Virus record (IMG/VR): IMGVR_UViG_3300049491_001100
Span: 1 to 55,857 of that record
Source: a virus
Taxonomy: Duplodnaviria > Caudoviricetes
Strand: one strand, 5' to 3'
DNA: 55,857 nucleotides
The notes below the pieces were generated by a model. It had not been told where the DNA came from, searched no databases, and worked only from the letters and a program-made list of their open reading frames with translations. The position numbers and the translations under genes are program-made. Position 1 is the first letter of the stretch. Each line of letters opens with the position of its first letter. This document shows, in pieces, positions 27,406 to 36,269 of this stretch.

Positions 27406-28275
27406 ATGGGCTATATGCACATCAACAACCTCTACAAGGACCAGCGCATGCTCATGTTCAAGCGCTGCTACGCCCTGGAGAAGGTCCACGGCACGTCAGC
27501 TCACGTCACCTACAAGGAAGGCTTCATCACCTACTTCAGCGGTGGTGAGAAGCACGAGAACTTCATCAAGCTCTTCGACGACGCCGCACTCAAGGAGGCC
27601 TTCGACAAGCTCGGCTACCCCGAGGTCACCGTCTACGGTGAGGCCTACGGCGGCAAGTGTCAGGGCATGAAAGACACCTACGGCCCCGAGCTGAAGTTCA
27701 TCGCCTTCGACGTCATGGTCGGCGAGACCTGGCTCTCGGTTCCAGACATGGATCAGGTGGCTACAGGCCTCGGCTTTGAGGTCGTGCCCTGGGAGGAGAC
27801 CGACACCGACCTCGCCACGCTCGACCACCTCCGCGACCGCCCGAGTCAGGTCGCGATCAGACGCGGCTGTGCCAACGACGCCCCCAGGCTCAGCGAGGGT
27901 GTTGTTCTCCGGCCCCTGATCGAGCTACGCACCAGCAACGGCGAGCGCGTCATGTGCAAGCACAAGGGCGCCGCCTTCGAGGAGACTCGTACTCCACGCA
28001 AGGTCGCCGACCCCTCGAAGCTCGAAGTTCTGGCTCAGGCCGACGCCATCGCCCAGGAGTGGGTGACGCCGATGCGCCTCAGCCACGTCATCGACAAGCT
28101 CCTCCGCGACGAGAAGCCGGGTATGGAGCACACCGGCGTCGTCATCAAGGCCATGGTCGAGGATGTCTATCGCGAGGCTGCTGGCGAGATCGTCGAGTCC
28201 AAGGAGGCGAAGCAGGCCATCGGCAAGCGCGCCGCCGCCCTATTCAAGGCCCGCATCACGGTTGTGCCGGCGTGA
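27406..28275 (+). CDS. RNA ligase, Rnl2 family
   Basis: EKVHGT (adenylated Lys), VYGEAYG, FIAFDV, EGVVLRP, KHK..FEE; C-terminal Rnl2-like helical domain. Confidence 0.85.
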   Translation: MGYMHINNLYKDQRMLMFKRCYALEKVHGTSAHVTYKEGFITYFSGGEKHENFIKLFDDAALKEAFDKLGYPEVTVYGEAYGGKCQGMKDTYGPELKFIAFDVMVGETWLSVPDMDQVATGLGFEVVPWEETDTDLATLDHLRDRPSQVAIRRGCANDAPRLSEGVVLRPLIELRTSNGERVMCKHKGAAFEETRTPRKVADPSKLEVLAQADAIAQEWVTPMRLSHVIDKLLRDEKPGMEHTGVVIKAMVEDVYREAAGEIVESKEAKQAIGKRAAALFKARITVVPA

Positions 28276-28706
28276 GCGACGACCAGTACAAGAAGTCCAT
28301 CGCCGCCTGGAAGCGGCAGATGAGCAAGGGCTGGATCGGAGTCGACCTCGACGGCACCCTGGCCGAGTACACGACCTGGCTCGGCCCCTACCACATCGGC
28401 AAGCCCATCGAGCCCATGTTGGCCCGCATCAAGGCCTGGCGTGAAGCCGGCATCGAGGTCAAGATCTTCACCGCCCGAGCCAGCAGTAACGACCCAACCG
28501 CCATCACCGCCATCAAGAACTGGTGTAAGGTCCACGTCGGTGAAGAGTTGGAAGTCACCTGCACCAAGGACTACCAGATGATCGAGCTGTGGGATGACCG
28601 CGCCGTCCAGGTCATTCCCAACACCGGCCACCGCGCCGACGGCGAAGCCGACGCCTGCTGCTACACTGGTACCTGCCCCACCTGCGATCCAACCCAGGAG
28701 AAGTAG
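28272..28706 (+). CDS. HAD-superfamily phosphatase (PNK-phosphatase-like)
   Basis: [20 protein letters not shown]. Confidence 0.8.
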   Translation: MSDDQYKKSIAAWKRQMSKGWIGVDLDGTLAEYTTWLGPYHIGKPIEPMLARIKAWREAGIEVKIFTARASSNDPTAITAIKNWCKVHVGEELEVTCTKDYQMIELWDDRAVQVIPNTGHRADGEADACCYTGTCPTCDPTQEK

Positions 28707-28707
28707 G

Positions 28708-29145
28708 ATGAAACCCACGGTCAAGTTCAAGAAGCTGCACGCCGACGCCAAGCTGCCGACGTACGCGACCTCCGGCGCTGCCGGCATGGACCTCTACGCC
28801 TGCAACGATGAGCCGATCCAGGTCTGGCCGGGGGCCGAGGCCGTACTCATCCCCACCGGGCTCGCGATGGAACTGCCACCCGGCTACGAGGCCCAGATCC
28901 GACCCCGATCCGGGCTCTCGGTCAAGGGCATCGCTGTCGCCAACAGCCCCGGCACTGTCGACGAGGACTATCGGGGCGAGGTCAAGGTCATCATCCGCAA
29001 CCACGGCCACATGCTCGTCGTCCACAAGGGCGACCGCATCGCCCAGATGGTGATTGCGCCCGTGACCCAGGTCGATGTCGTGGACGTCGATGTCCTGACC
29101 GAAACCGAGCGCGCAGGCGGTGGCTTCGGTTCAACTGGCACTTGA
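28708..29145 (+). CDS. dut: dUTPase
   Basis: [42 protein letters not shown]. Confidence 0.96.
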   Translation: MKPTVKFKKLHADAKLPTYATSGAAGMDLYACNDEPIQVWPGAEAVLIPTGLAMELPPGYEAQIRPRSGLSVKGIAVANSPGTVDEDYRGEVKVIIRNHGHMLVVHKGDRIAQMVIAPVTQVDVVDVDVLTETERAGGGFGSTGT

Positions 29146-29170
29146 CACGGCCGTAGGCCTCTGGCACACT
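29142..29170 (+). promoter_or_regulatory. sigma70-type promoter
   Basis: TTGACA-17 nt-CACACT with TG extension. Confidence 0.6.
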
Positions 29171-29188
29171 TCGACTTGGAGGTGTTGC

Positions 29189-29416
29189 ATGGGCAGATGG
29201 CTGATTGTTCGAGAAGACCAGGTCCGCGTCTTCTACGTGAATCTCCAGACCCAGGTCCACTGGCCACTGGGCGAGCTTTCGCTCAAGGTACCGGACGAAG
29301 AAGTTGTGGCCTGGGTCTTCAGTCACGGCGAACCCGCGCTCGGGGACGAGATCAGGATGAGTGACGGCACCAGGGTTTTTGTTCAGCAGCAGAAACAGGT
29401 TCGAGCACTGGCTTAG
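29189..29416 (+). CDS. hypothetical protein
   Basis: GGAGG RBS downstream of the sigma70 promoter. Confidence 0.65.
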   Translation: MGRWLIVREDQVRVFYVNLQTQVHWPLGELSLKVPDEEVVAWVFSHGEPALGDEIRMSDGTRVFVQQQKQVRALA

Positions 29417-29426
29417 ATTCGCTATA
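29416..29426 (+). promoter_or_regulatory. phage motif GATTCGCTATA
   Basis: Fused to TAG. Confidence 0.8.
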
Positions 29427-29473
29427 GCCCTTTCAACCAGCCGGATGGGAGTCCGGTAACAATGGAGGTAGTT

Positions 29474-30004
29474 ATGAACGTATCGGACACATCTACCAAG
29501 TCCTACAAAAAGCTCGCAAAATCCGGTGGAATCGAAGACCGGAAAGCGCGACTCATGGAGTTTTTTCGCGAGATGGGCGGCGAAGGCACAGCCTTCGACA
29601 TGATTCGTCACATCCAGTCGAGTGTCAACTTTGCTGACGACGAGGCGCGCTTTCGCTTTGTACAGAACGTACACGCAACGGTGTCGGACCTCGCCAAAGA
29701 GGGTGTCCTCAAGTGTACGGGAGTTCGTGTAAATCCTCCCACCGGCGCAGAAGTCAAGTTTTACGAGATCAACGAAGGCGATGTGGTACCCGTGGAGACC
29801 GTAGAAAAGGGGTACAAGAAGCGCTTCGAGGCATTGCAGGTCGAGTTGGTCGCTCTCACAAAGCGTCTGGCGACTGCTGAGTCTGAGTTGTCGGTCTACA
29901 AGAACGACTCGATCAAGAAGGACTGTCTGGCAGATGTCTACTACGAGGCACGGTCCAAGGTGGATTGGAACATGATTCTGAACCTGTTCGCCAAGCAAAC
30001 CTAG
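29474..30004 (+). CDS. winged-helix-like + coiled-coil protein
   Basis: GGAGG RBS; VHATVSDLAKEGVLKCTG.R wHTH-like segment. Confidence 0.6.
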   Translation: MNVSDTSTKSYKKLAKSGGIEDRKARLMEFFREMGGEGTAFDMIRHIQSSVNFADDEARFRFVQNVHATVSDLAKEGVLKCTGVRVNPPTGAEVKFYEINEGDVVPVETVEKGYKKRFEALQVELVALTKRLATAESELSVYKNDSIKKDCLADVYYEARSKVDWNMILNLFAKQT

Positions 30005-30649
30005 ATGCCCGGACTGACCAAAGACCAAGCCACCCAGGCCATCAGCGCTGGGTGGCAGCGTGACGCCCTCCTCGTGCTGAACCAGTGCATGAAGGACGGC
30101 GACGACTATTTCAAGGAGTTTGTCGGCGACTACGGCCTCTTGACCGAGGCCGGGCTCCTCATCTACACCAGCTACACCATCCACGACATCGAGCGTGCCT
30201 ATACACCGCCCGCAGACCAGCGTCAAGAGGCTCAGGCCTACACCGACGGCTCCGGCACCACCATGGACAAGCCAGCGGGCGTGGGCGTGGCCTTGTACAG
30301 ACCAGGCTGCGCCCTGGAGCTGATCGCCGAGAACATTGGCCCAGGCACCAACAACCGCGCCGAACTGGTGGCGATCTGGCGGGCCCTGCGAGGCGTCCCA
30401 GACGTCAATCAGCGCCTGGTCGTCCGCAGCGATAGTGAGTACGCCATCGGATCCTGCACCAAGGACTGGAACCCGACAGCGAACCGGGACCTGATCAAGG
30501 CCATCCGATCCGACCTCGCCGTCAGACACGACAGCGTTCGCTTCGAGCACGTTCCAGGTCACCGTAACGTGGAGGGCAATGAGATCGCGGATAGGCTCGC
30601 CAACATCGGCCGTAAGCTCATCACGAAGGTTTCGCTATACACGCTGTGA
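30005..30649 (+). CDS. rnhA: ribonuclease H
   Basis: YTDGS, TNNRAEL, SDSEY, NRDL, HVPGH..GNEIADRLA. Confidence 0.92.
   Translation: MPGLTKDQATQAISAGWQRDALLVLNQCMKDGDDYFKEFVGDYGLLTEAGLLIYTSYTIHDIERAYTPPADQRQEAQAYTDGSGTTMDKPAGVGVALYRPGCALELIAENIGPGTNNRAELVAIWRALRGVPDVNQRLVVRSDSEYAIGSCTKDWNPTANRDLIKAIRSDLAVRHDSVRFEHVPGHRNVEGNEIADRLANIGRKLITKVSLYTL
30629..30639 (+). promoter_or_regulatory. phage motif GTTTCGCTATA
   Basis: In the 3' end of rnhA; 10 nt to ATG. Confidence 0.7.
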
Positions 30650-30819
30650 TGCGTAAGAACGCTGAGGTGGTCGCCAAGCGGATCGCAGAGGTCTACGACG
30701 CAGAGACAAGCGTTGTCGAGGTTGACGGTACCTTCTACGTTGTGGTAGTTGGCGCCGAGAACAAGGTGATCCCGAGCATGATCGGGGGTATTTGGATCAG
30801 GAGGGCTCCGTGGCCGTAA
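30649..30819 (+). CDS. 56-aa ORF not in the supplied track
   Basis: MRKNAEVVAKRIAEVY...WP*; TGATG coupling; 10 nt after the motif. Confidence 0.6.
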   Translation: MRKNAEVVAKRIAEVYDAETSVVEVDGTFYVVVVGAENKVIPSMIGGIWIRRAPWP

Positions 30820-31076
30820 ACAGAGAACTACCAGGTCCCAAGGCGCCCAGGATCTACCCTGACGACAGCTACCGCCTGGGCTGGACCAAGGTAGCCACGC
30901 CCAAGCCCTGGGGTGACTACTGGGTCGTGACCTACAAGGGCCGCCACGTCGCCGATCTCTACCACGGCAAGTGGGGATACATCGCCGTTGTCTTCGGCAA
31001 GGGCTCCTTCGTTAGGGGTAAGCTGCGCGAAGCCACGTTGCACATCGCTGGCCTTGTCATCAACGTGGGCAACTAA
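30810..31076 (+). CDS. hypothetical protein
   Basis: AGGAGG RBS, GTG start. Confidence 0.6.
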   Translation: MAVNRELPGPKAPRIYPDDSYRLGWTKVATPKPWGDYWVVTYKGRHVADLYHGKWGYIAVVFGKGSFVRGKLREATLHIAGLVINVGN

Positions 31077-31087
31077 GATTCGCTATG
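31077..31087 (+). promoter_or_regulatory. phage motif GATTCGCTATG
   Basis: Directly after TAA; 9 nt to ATG. Confidence 0.8.
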
Positions 31088-31095
31088 TGGAGGGC

Positions 31096-31356
31096 ATGAT
31101 GACGACGCTGATGACCATACTCGGATTCGTTCTTGGAGTTGTGGCCTTCTACCTGCACCGCGCCTACCTCCTCCACATCTCCTACATCGAGGGGCGTCGG
31201 TCTGGGCTCAAGGACGCCATCAAGCTGGCTCGCGAGCGAGGCGACGTCGCCCTGTACCTGGCGCCAGCAGGCGAGATGCGCACGGGCTTGATCAGGGCCC
31301 AGATCGCCCACAACATCGAGCTGGAGTTATGCACACTGCTCAAGGACGTGCGGTAA
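31096..31356 (+). CDS. small membrane protein
   Basis: N-terminal TM helix; ATG 9 nt after the motif. Confidence 0.65.
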   Translation: MMTTLMTILGFVLGVVAFYLHRAYLLHISYIEGRRSGLKDAIKLARERGDVALYLAPAGEMRTGLIRAQIAHNIELELCTLLKDVR

Positions 31357-31577
31357 TGACTGACCTCGCCTGTCTTGCTTGCGGTGCCGTACACGACTTC
31401 GATCTAGGTCCCGACGACGGCACCTGCATCGTCTGTGGTGGCAAGCTGGCCGAGGACGAGAGCGAGCGTGAGCTGGTTCAGGGCAAAGGCTTGGCCGAGG
31501 CCGTGGTCGACTCCGTCAACGATGGCATCGCCAAGATGGCACTCGCCCGGGGGAAGGCTCCACGTGGCACAAATTGA
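31356..31577 (+). CDS. small Zn-binding protein
   Basis: CLAC...CIVC; TAATG coupling. Confidence 0.6.
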   Translation: MTDLACLACGAVHDFDLGPDDGTCIVCGGKLAEDESERELVQGKGLAEAVVDSVNDGIAKMALARGKAPRGTN

Positions 31578-31779
31578 CCTCAACGTCGCACACAAGACGA
31601 GGAAGGACTTGGGGCCGCCCGAGGTCCCGCCCGTCGAGGTCATGATCCGGCAGCAGCTCGTGATCAGTGCCTTCGCCTTCCACAAGTCGATGGAAGCTGC
31701 CTATGCCGTTCACCACGCCCTGGAGCTGTACGATGCCTGGCTGAGGGAGCGATATGACGTCGTCGACAAATACAAGTAG
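31564..31779 (+). CDS. hypothetical protein
   Basis: GTG start overlapping the previous gene. Confidence 0.5.
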   Translation: MAQIDLNVAHKTRKDLGPPEVPPVEVMIRQQLVISAFAFHKSMEAAYAVHHALELYDAWLRERYDVVDKYK

Positions 31780-31786
31780 CGACGTC

Positions 31787-31939
31787 ATGATCAAGCGCAA
31801 GGTGTTCTGCACCTGTCGGCGCCTGCACGAGTTCGAGGGAGGACCGGGGCTCTACTGGAAGGGCTGCCCCTGCGGTCGCAAGGTCACGATGCTCATCAAG
31901 CCCTTCACCAGGTTTTCTCTGTTGGAGGTTGACCCATGA
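31787..31939 (+). CDS. small Cys-rich protein
   Basis: CTC...CPCG. Confidence 0.5.
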   Translation: MIKRKVFCTCRRLHEFEGGPGLYWKGCPCGRKVTMLIKPFTRFSLLEVDP

Positions 31940-32304
31940 ACTGGAAGCGACGTCTGCGACGATGGTGGAACAATATCGGGCTCCTCAGCAGCGAGAACGG
32001 AGTCTTTCTCTGGCTCGACGATCTTCGGCCCGCACCCAAGGGCTGGTATCATGCCATGACTGCCGAGGAGGCGCAAGACGTGCTCCTGTCTTGCATGGTG
32101 TGGAGGCTCAGTCTTGACCACGACCTCGGTCAGAAGAGGACTGGGTACGACGTCGTGCTCTGGCTGGCGCGCATGAACGAAGAGCAGGGAATCAACCTCT
32201 GGCCCTATAACGAGCCCACGATCCACAGCGACAACCCCGTCGGCCGCGACAACATGCAGGCCGTGATCGACCGCTACGGCGGGTACAACAGTCCTCTCAA
32301 CTAA
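31936..32304 (+). CDS. cyclic-phosphate-processing receiver domain protein
   Basis: LWLDDLRPAP.GW, LSLDHDLG, TGYDVV.WL, IHSDNPVGR.NM. Confidence 0.8.
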   Translation: MNWKRRLRRWWNNIGLLSSENGVFLWLDDLRPAPKGWYHAMTAEEAQDVLLSCMVWRLSLDHDLGQKRTGYDVVLWLARMNEEQGINLWPYNEPTIHSDNPVGRDNMQAVIDRYGGYNSPLN

Positions 32305-32315
32305 AATCCGCTATA
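32305..32315 (+). promoter_or_regulatory. variant motif AATCCGCTATA
   Basis: Directly after TAA; SD-led gene follows. Confidence 0.6.
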
Positions 32316-32334
32316 GAGCCCCCAAGGAGACGAC

Positions 32335-32622
32335 ATGAACACGGCAAACTTCCCCCGCAACAAGGCCCGCAAGCAGGCCGAAGCCGTGGCCCGCAAGGCC
32401 GTCACGGACGCCCTGACGCTACCGCAGCGCCTGGCTCGGCTCGACACCCTCTTCGGGCCGGGTCTCGGTGCCAAGCGCGAGCGCGCTCGCATCCAGACCA
32501 AGATCGAGAAGGCGGCAACCAAGCCCGTCGTCGAGACCGCGCTCATCGCGGCTCCGGCAGAGCCGGGCACTCGCCCCGAGCGCCCCCGCCGCAAGGAGCG
32601 GGGTCAGAAGCGAGGCGCGTGA
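32335..32622 (+). CDS. basic hypothetical protein
   Basis: AAGGAG RBS; QRLARLD...G.AKRERARI. Confidence 0.7.
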   Translation: MNTANFPRNKARKQAEAVARKAVTDALTLPQRLARLDTLFGPGLGAKRERARIQTKIEKAATKPVVETALIAAPAEPGTRPERPRRKERGQKRGA

Positions 32623-32978
32623 TGGCGTCGCAGTTCAACCTCAAGCTCAGCCGAGACACCGAGCGCCGCCTGGCTCAAATGGCCCACGAGGCCAAAGTGT
32701 CCGCCGACGAGATCGTCGAGGGCATTCTGGAGCTGTGGCTGAAGGGGAATCGCCCAGAAACCCAGAGCGACCTCCAGGGCTTCGTCGATGTCGTCGTCGA
32801 TGCCGTGCGCAAGTTCGGGATCTCTTCGACGAAGCAGAAGTCGGGGCGTCGGTCGAGTCTGAATCCGCAGCAGCGAGCCGAGGCGTTGAAGATGCGGGCC
32901 CGGGGCGTGAGCCTGACCACCATCGCCAAGCGCTTTGGCGTCAGCAAATCCGCAGCCTTCCGCTCGACTACGCCATAG
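32619..32978 (+). CDS. ribbon-helix-helix + HTH DNA-binding protein
   Basis: QFNLKLS...RLAQMA..VSADEIVE (RHH-like); RARGVSLTTIAKRFGVSKSA (HTH). Confidence 0.7.
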   Translation: MMASQFNLKLSRDTERRLAQMAHEAKVSADEIVEGILELWLKGNRPETQSDLQGFVDVVVDAVRKFGISSTKQKSGRRSSLNPQQRAEALKMRARGVSLTTIAKRFGVSKSAAFRSTTP

Positions 32979-33001
32979 CTCAAAAATAAATAAAAAGACT
33001 G

Positions 33002-33031
33002 TTGACGCGGGACCGGGTTTCATGAGAGGAT
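33002..33031 (+). promoter_or_regulatory. sigma70-type promoter with A-rich UP element, leaderless geometry
   Basis: AAAAATAAATAAAAA upstream; TTGACG-18 nt-GAGGAT-6 nt-ATG. Confidence 0.6.
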
Positions 33032-33037
33032 CTTCTC

Positions 33038-34513
33038 ATGTCGAACAAGACCTGGTCGGATCAGCAAGTCGCGATCTTCAACTGGTTCGCCCTCGCCGTG
33101 GGCTGCCTCATCGTTCGCGCCCGCGCCGGCACCGGCAAGACCACCACCATCATCGAGGCCATTCGTCACGCCCCCGAGACCAAGATCCTCCTCTGCGCCT
33201 TCAACAAGCGCATCGCCGTCGAGCTGACGGAGAAGCTGAACGACCCCCGCGCCGAGGCCAAGACCCTCCACGCCCTCGGCTTCGCCTTCATCCGCCGCGA
33301 GTGGAAGAACGTCAAGCTCGACAACAACGTCGAGTTCGACCGCGCCACCCGCGCCTGCCCCGGGGCCTCGGACGAGGTCATTGGCGCCGTCAAGAAGCTC
33401 GCGGGCCTGGCCAAGAACTGCGCCCCCTTCGCCACCGTCGACCAGCTCGTCGACCTCTGTGACGACTGGTCTATCGAGGTCGAGGAGCAGGGCTGGAACA
33501 CGGTCGCCCTGGCCCAGGCCGCCAAGCGCGTCCTCGACTTCTCCAAGGTCCCGGAGCGCGACGGCCGCATTAGCTTCGACGACATGCTCTACATCCCCGT
33601 CGCCTGCAACCTCATCCGCCCCTGGTACCAGATGGTGGTGGTCGACGAGGCCCAGGACATGAACGCCTGCCAGCTCATCATCGCCCAGAAGGCGTGCAAG
33701 CGCGGTGGTCGCATCGTTGTCGTCGGCGACGACCGCCAGGCCATCTACGGCTTCCGGGGCGCTGACTCGGGCTCGCTCGACCGCCTCAAGACGGAGCTGA
33801 AGGCGACGGAGCTGGGTCTCAACACCACCTACCGCTGCGGCCAGAACATCGTCGCCCTGGCCAAGGTTCTCGTCCCCGACTACCAGGCGGCTCCGACGGC
33901 CCCGATGGGCGTCGTCGATCACCTCGGCTACGACCAGATCTTCCAGGCCGCCAAGCCCGGCGACTTCATCCTCAGCCGCAAGAACGCACCGCTGATGGTC
34001 ACCTGCCTCCGCTTCCTCCGCGCCGGCATCCCCTGCCGCGTCGAGGGTCGTGACGTCGGCGCCGGGCTCGCCGCCGTCATCAAGAAGTTCCGCGCCCGCT
34101 CGGTCCCGGACTTCGTCAAGCGCCTCGACTCCTGGAAGGAGAAGGAGTTCAAGAAGGCTGCCCGCCGCAAGGACCCGGAGGCCGCGCGCCAGGTCGCCGC
34201 CGATCAGTACGAGACCCTGCTCGCCCTCAGTGAGGGTGCTGCCAACGTCCAGGAGATCACCAACCGCTGCTTCGCCCTCTTCGAGGACAGCATCGACGCC
34301 CAGACCGGCAAGCGCAACCTGAAGCCGGCCGTGGTCTGCTCCAGCGTCCACAAGGCGAAGGGGCTGGAGGCCGAGCACGTCTTCATCCTGGAGGACACCC
34401 TCCTCCGCAAGCGCCCGGACATGGAGGAGCGCAACATCGAGTACGTCGCCATCACCCGCGCCAAGGCCCACCTGACCTGGGTCAAGGGCCTGGCCAACGA
34501 CAAGGGCGAATAG
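33038..34513 (+). CDS. UvrD/Rep-like SF1 helicase
   Basis: ARAGTGKT, AFNK, TLH, VDEAQD, VGDDRQAIYGFRGA, TYRC, SVHKAKGLE, YVAITRA. Confidence 0.93.
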   Translation: MSNKTWSDQQVAIFNWFALAVGCLIVRARAGTGKTTTIIEAIRHAPETKILLCAFNKRIAVELTEKLNDPRAEAKTLHALGFAFIRREWKNVKLDNNVEFDRATRACPGASDEVIGAVKKLAGLAKNCAPFATVDQLVDLCDDWSIEVEEQGWNTVALAQAAKRVLDFSKVPERDGRISFDDMLYIPVACNLIRPWYQMVVVDEAQDMNACQLIIAQKACKRGGRIVVVGDDRQAIYGFRGADSGSLDRLKTELKATELGLNTTYRCGQNIVALAKVLVPDYQAAPTAPMGVVDHLGYDQIFQAAKPGDFILSRKNAPLMVTCLRFLRAGIPCRVEGRDVGAGLAAVIKKFRARSVPDFVKRLDSWKEKEFKKAARRKDPEAARQVAADQYETLLALSEGAANVQEITNRCFALFEDSIDAQTGKRNLKPAVVCSSVHKAKGLEAEHVFILEDTLLRKRPDMEERNIEYVAITRAKAHLTWVKGLANDKGE

Positions 34514-34516
34514 CCC

Positions 34517-34545
34517 TTGACGGGCGGGGGCGGATCGAATACAAC
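34517..34545 (+). promoter_or_regulatory. sigma70-type promoter
   Basis: TTGACG-17 nt-TACAAC, then GGAGG RBS. Confidence 0.55.
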
Positions 34546-34564
34546 TCAGAGCTGGAGGTGACGC

Positions 34565-34954
34565 ATGGGTAGCCGATACGTCGAAGTAGGTCGCAAGGCC
34601 ATGGTCGAAGCTCTTGTGGGTGCCGGTTTCACTCTCGGCGTTCAGGGTCGTGAACTGACGGCCACCCGCAAGCACCACCTGGACCCGACGATGTCGATCA
34701 AGATCTACACCAGCCTGCCGGCGGATGTCGGCGATGTCCGTGCCTGCGGCGAGGACGCGATCCGGGCCCTCCTTCTCTTCGAGAACACGCGCACGGAGGC
34801 CTCTGGCTGCCTCTACAAGGCGCCTCGGGTCTACCGGACGGGTTCCGAGCAGGCCGTGGTCGAGCGCACCCTAGAGCGCGCCCGAGAGTGCTACGCGGAG
34901 GCCAACAAGCGGCACCGCGCTCGACTCGCTGCGCCCGGCTCCCGGGGCTACTAG
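34565..34954 (+). CDS. hypothetical protein
   Basis: GGAGG RBS; IYTS...R.CGEDAIR...RVYRT. Confidence 0.75.
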   Translation: MGSRYVEVGRKAMVEALVGAGFTLGVQGRELTATRKHHLDPTMSIKIYTSLPADVGDVRACGEDAIRALLLFENTRTEASGCLYKAPRVYRTGSEQAVVERTLERARECYAEANKRHRARLAAPGSRGY

Positions 34955-35158
34955 GTGGACCGGCTCACCCGCTTCGTCCTGTGGCTGCTCGGCTGGCGCG
35001 CCTGCCTGGGGCGCGACGCGCGCGGCGAGCGCTACGAGGCCTGGGTGCGCCGGGGCTCGTACTTCCACGTGTACCACGAGCGCGTCGCGTGGGAAAACGT
35101 CATCCGCCCAAATACCCCGTTGACACCCCAACGGGGTGCGCGTAGGATGAACCCATGA
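34955..35158 (+). CDS. hypothetical protein
   Basis: Adjacent GTG-start ORF. Confidence 0.45.
   Translation: MDRLTRFVLWLLGWRACLGRDARGERYEAWVRRGSYFHVYHERVAWENVIRPNTPLTPQRGARRMNP
35120..35148 (+). promoter_or_regulatory. sigma70-type promoter, leaderless geometry
   Basis: TTGACA-17 nt-TAGGAT-6 nt-ATG (35155). Confidence 0.75.
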
Positions 35159-35808
35159 GCACCTACACGCACTACACCGCCGAAGACGACCGCGAGTGGG
35201 ACCTGGAAATCACCGGGTTCGAGCCGTACCATGCCGGCAGCTACTGGGATCCGCCCGAGGGCGGCTTCGTCTACATCGAGGGGGACGTCGTCGAAAGCCT
35301 CCCGCGCGGCCACCAGGGCCCGCCCGAGTGCCTCGACCTCGACGCCTGGCGCGCCCGCTACGGCATCACCGACAAGGCGTTCGCCGACATCGAGGACAAG
35401 GCCTACCAGGCCATCGTCGACGCCCAGGACGAGGGGCCGGACCCCGACGAGATTCGCTATTTGGAGGGCATGGCCAAGTTGCGCCTCCAGATACCCAACC
35501 AGCCCGACCGCCGCCACCTCTTGGAAGTCAAGGACGAGATGCGGCGCCGGGGCTCCCCGCGCATCCGCGCCGTGCGTACCAAGAAAGGCTGGGTCGCCCT
35601 CGAAGGCTCCCACCGGGTCACCGCCGCTCAGAAGCTCGGCATCCCCATCATCCTCATCGAGAAGAAGCCCGACGACCGGATGACACACGACATCTGGACC
35701 GGCTACGGCCGGCCAGAGCTTCCAATCCGCGCCACCGTGGCGCGGATCCTGGAAGAGTTCGAGTATTGGGGTCGGCCGGTCCGACGCACCGTCCTCGTCA
35801 TCCGCTGA
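35155..35808 (+). CDS. two-part ORF: acidic N-terminal domain + ParB/Srx-like C-terminal domain with its own internal start at 35470
   Basis: LEGSHRVTAA..LG ParB-like motif; promoter motif 9 nt before the in-frame ATG 35470. Confidence 0.65.
   Translation: MSTYTHYTAEDDREWDLEITGFEPYHAGSYWDPPEGGFVYIEGDVVESLPRGHQGPPECLDLDAWRARYGITDKAFADIEDKAYQAIVDAQDEGPDPDEIRYLEGMAKLRLQIPNQPDRRHLLEVKDEMRRRGSPRIRAVRTKKGWVALEGSHRVTAAQKLGIPIILIEKKPDDRMTHDIWTGYGRPELPIRATVARILEEFEYWGRPVRRTVLVIR
35451..35461 (+). promoter_or_regulatory. phage motif GATTCGCTATT (intragenic)
   Basis: 9 nt before the in-frame ATG 35470. Confidence 0.7.
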
Positions 35809-35817
35809 TTCGCTATC
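35807..35817 (+). promoter_or_regulatory. phage motif GATTCGCTATC
   Basis: Fused to TGA; 9 nt to GTG. Confidence 0.8.
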
Positions 35818-35825
35818 TGGTAGGT

Positions 35826-36269
35826 GTGAAGGCTTGTACAAAATGCAGCGGCAAGAAGCCGCTGAAGGAGTTCAACAAAAGCTCCAAGGCCAAGGACGGG
35901 CGCAAGGCGCGTTGTCGATCGTGTCAACACGATGACTACATGGACGAGCGCCCAGCGGCATTCGCTCGCGCCGAGAAGTGGCGCCTGGCCAATCTCGACA
36001 AGGTGCGCATTCAACAAGACCGGTACAACCTCCGGGTGAAGTACGGAATCACCCCGGAGGAGTACGACCGGTTCATGGTGCAACAGAACGGCCGATGCGC
36101 TATCTGCGAGAAGCCTCCGACGAAACTTCGTCTGGATGTCGACCACGATCACGTGACCAAGAAAGTGCGCGGCCTGCTGCACAACCACTGCAATCGCGCC
36201 CTCGGCTATTTCGGAGACGATCCCGATGTCTTGGACAGCGCTGCCGCCTATCTACGGAGGAACAAGTGA
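35826..36269 (+). CDS. endonuclease VII-family (recombination/homing) endonuclease
   Basis: CTKC..CRSC, KYGIT.EEY, QNGRCAIC, VDHDH..VRGLL..CN.ALG; GTG 9 nt after the motif. Confidence 0.88.
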   Translation: MKACTKCSGKKPLKEFNKSSKAKDGRKARCRSCQHDDYMDERPAAFARAEKWRLANLDKVRIQQDRYNLRVKYGITPEEYDRFMVQQNGRCAICEKPPTKLRLDVDHDHVTKKVRGLLHNHCNRALGYFGDDPDVLDSAAAYLRRNK

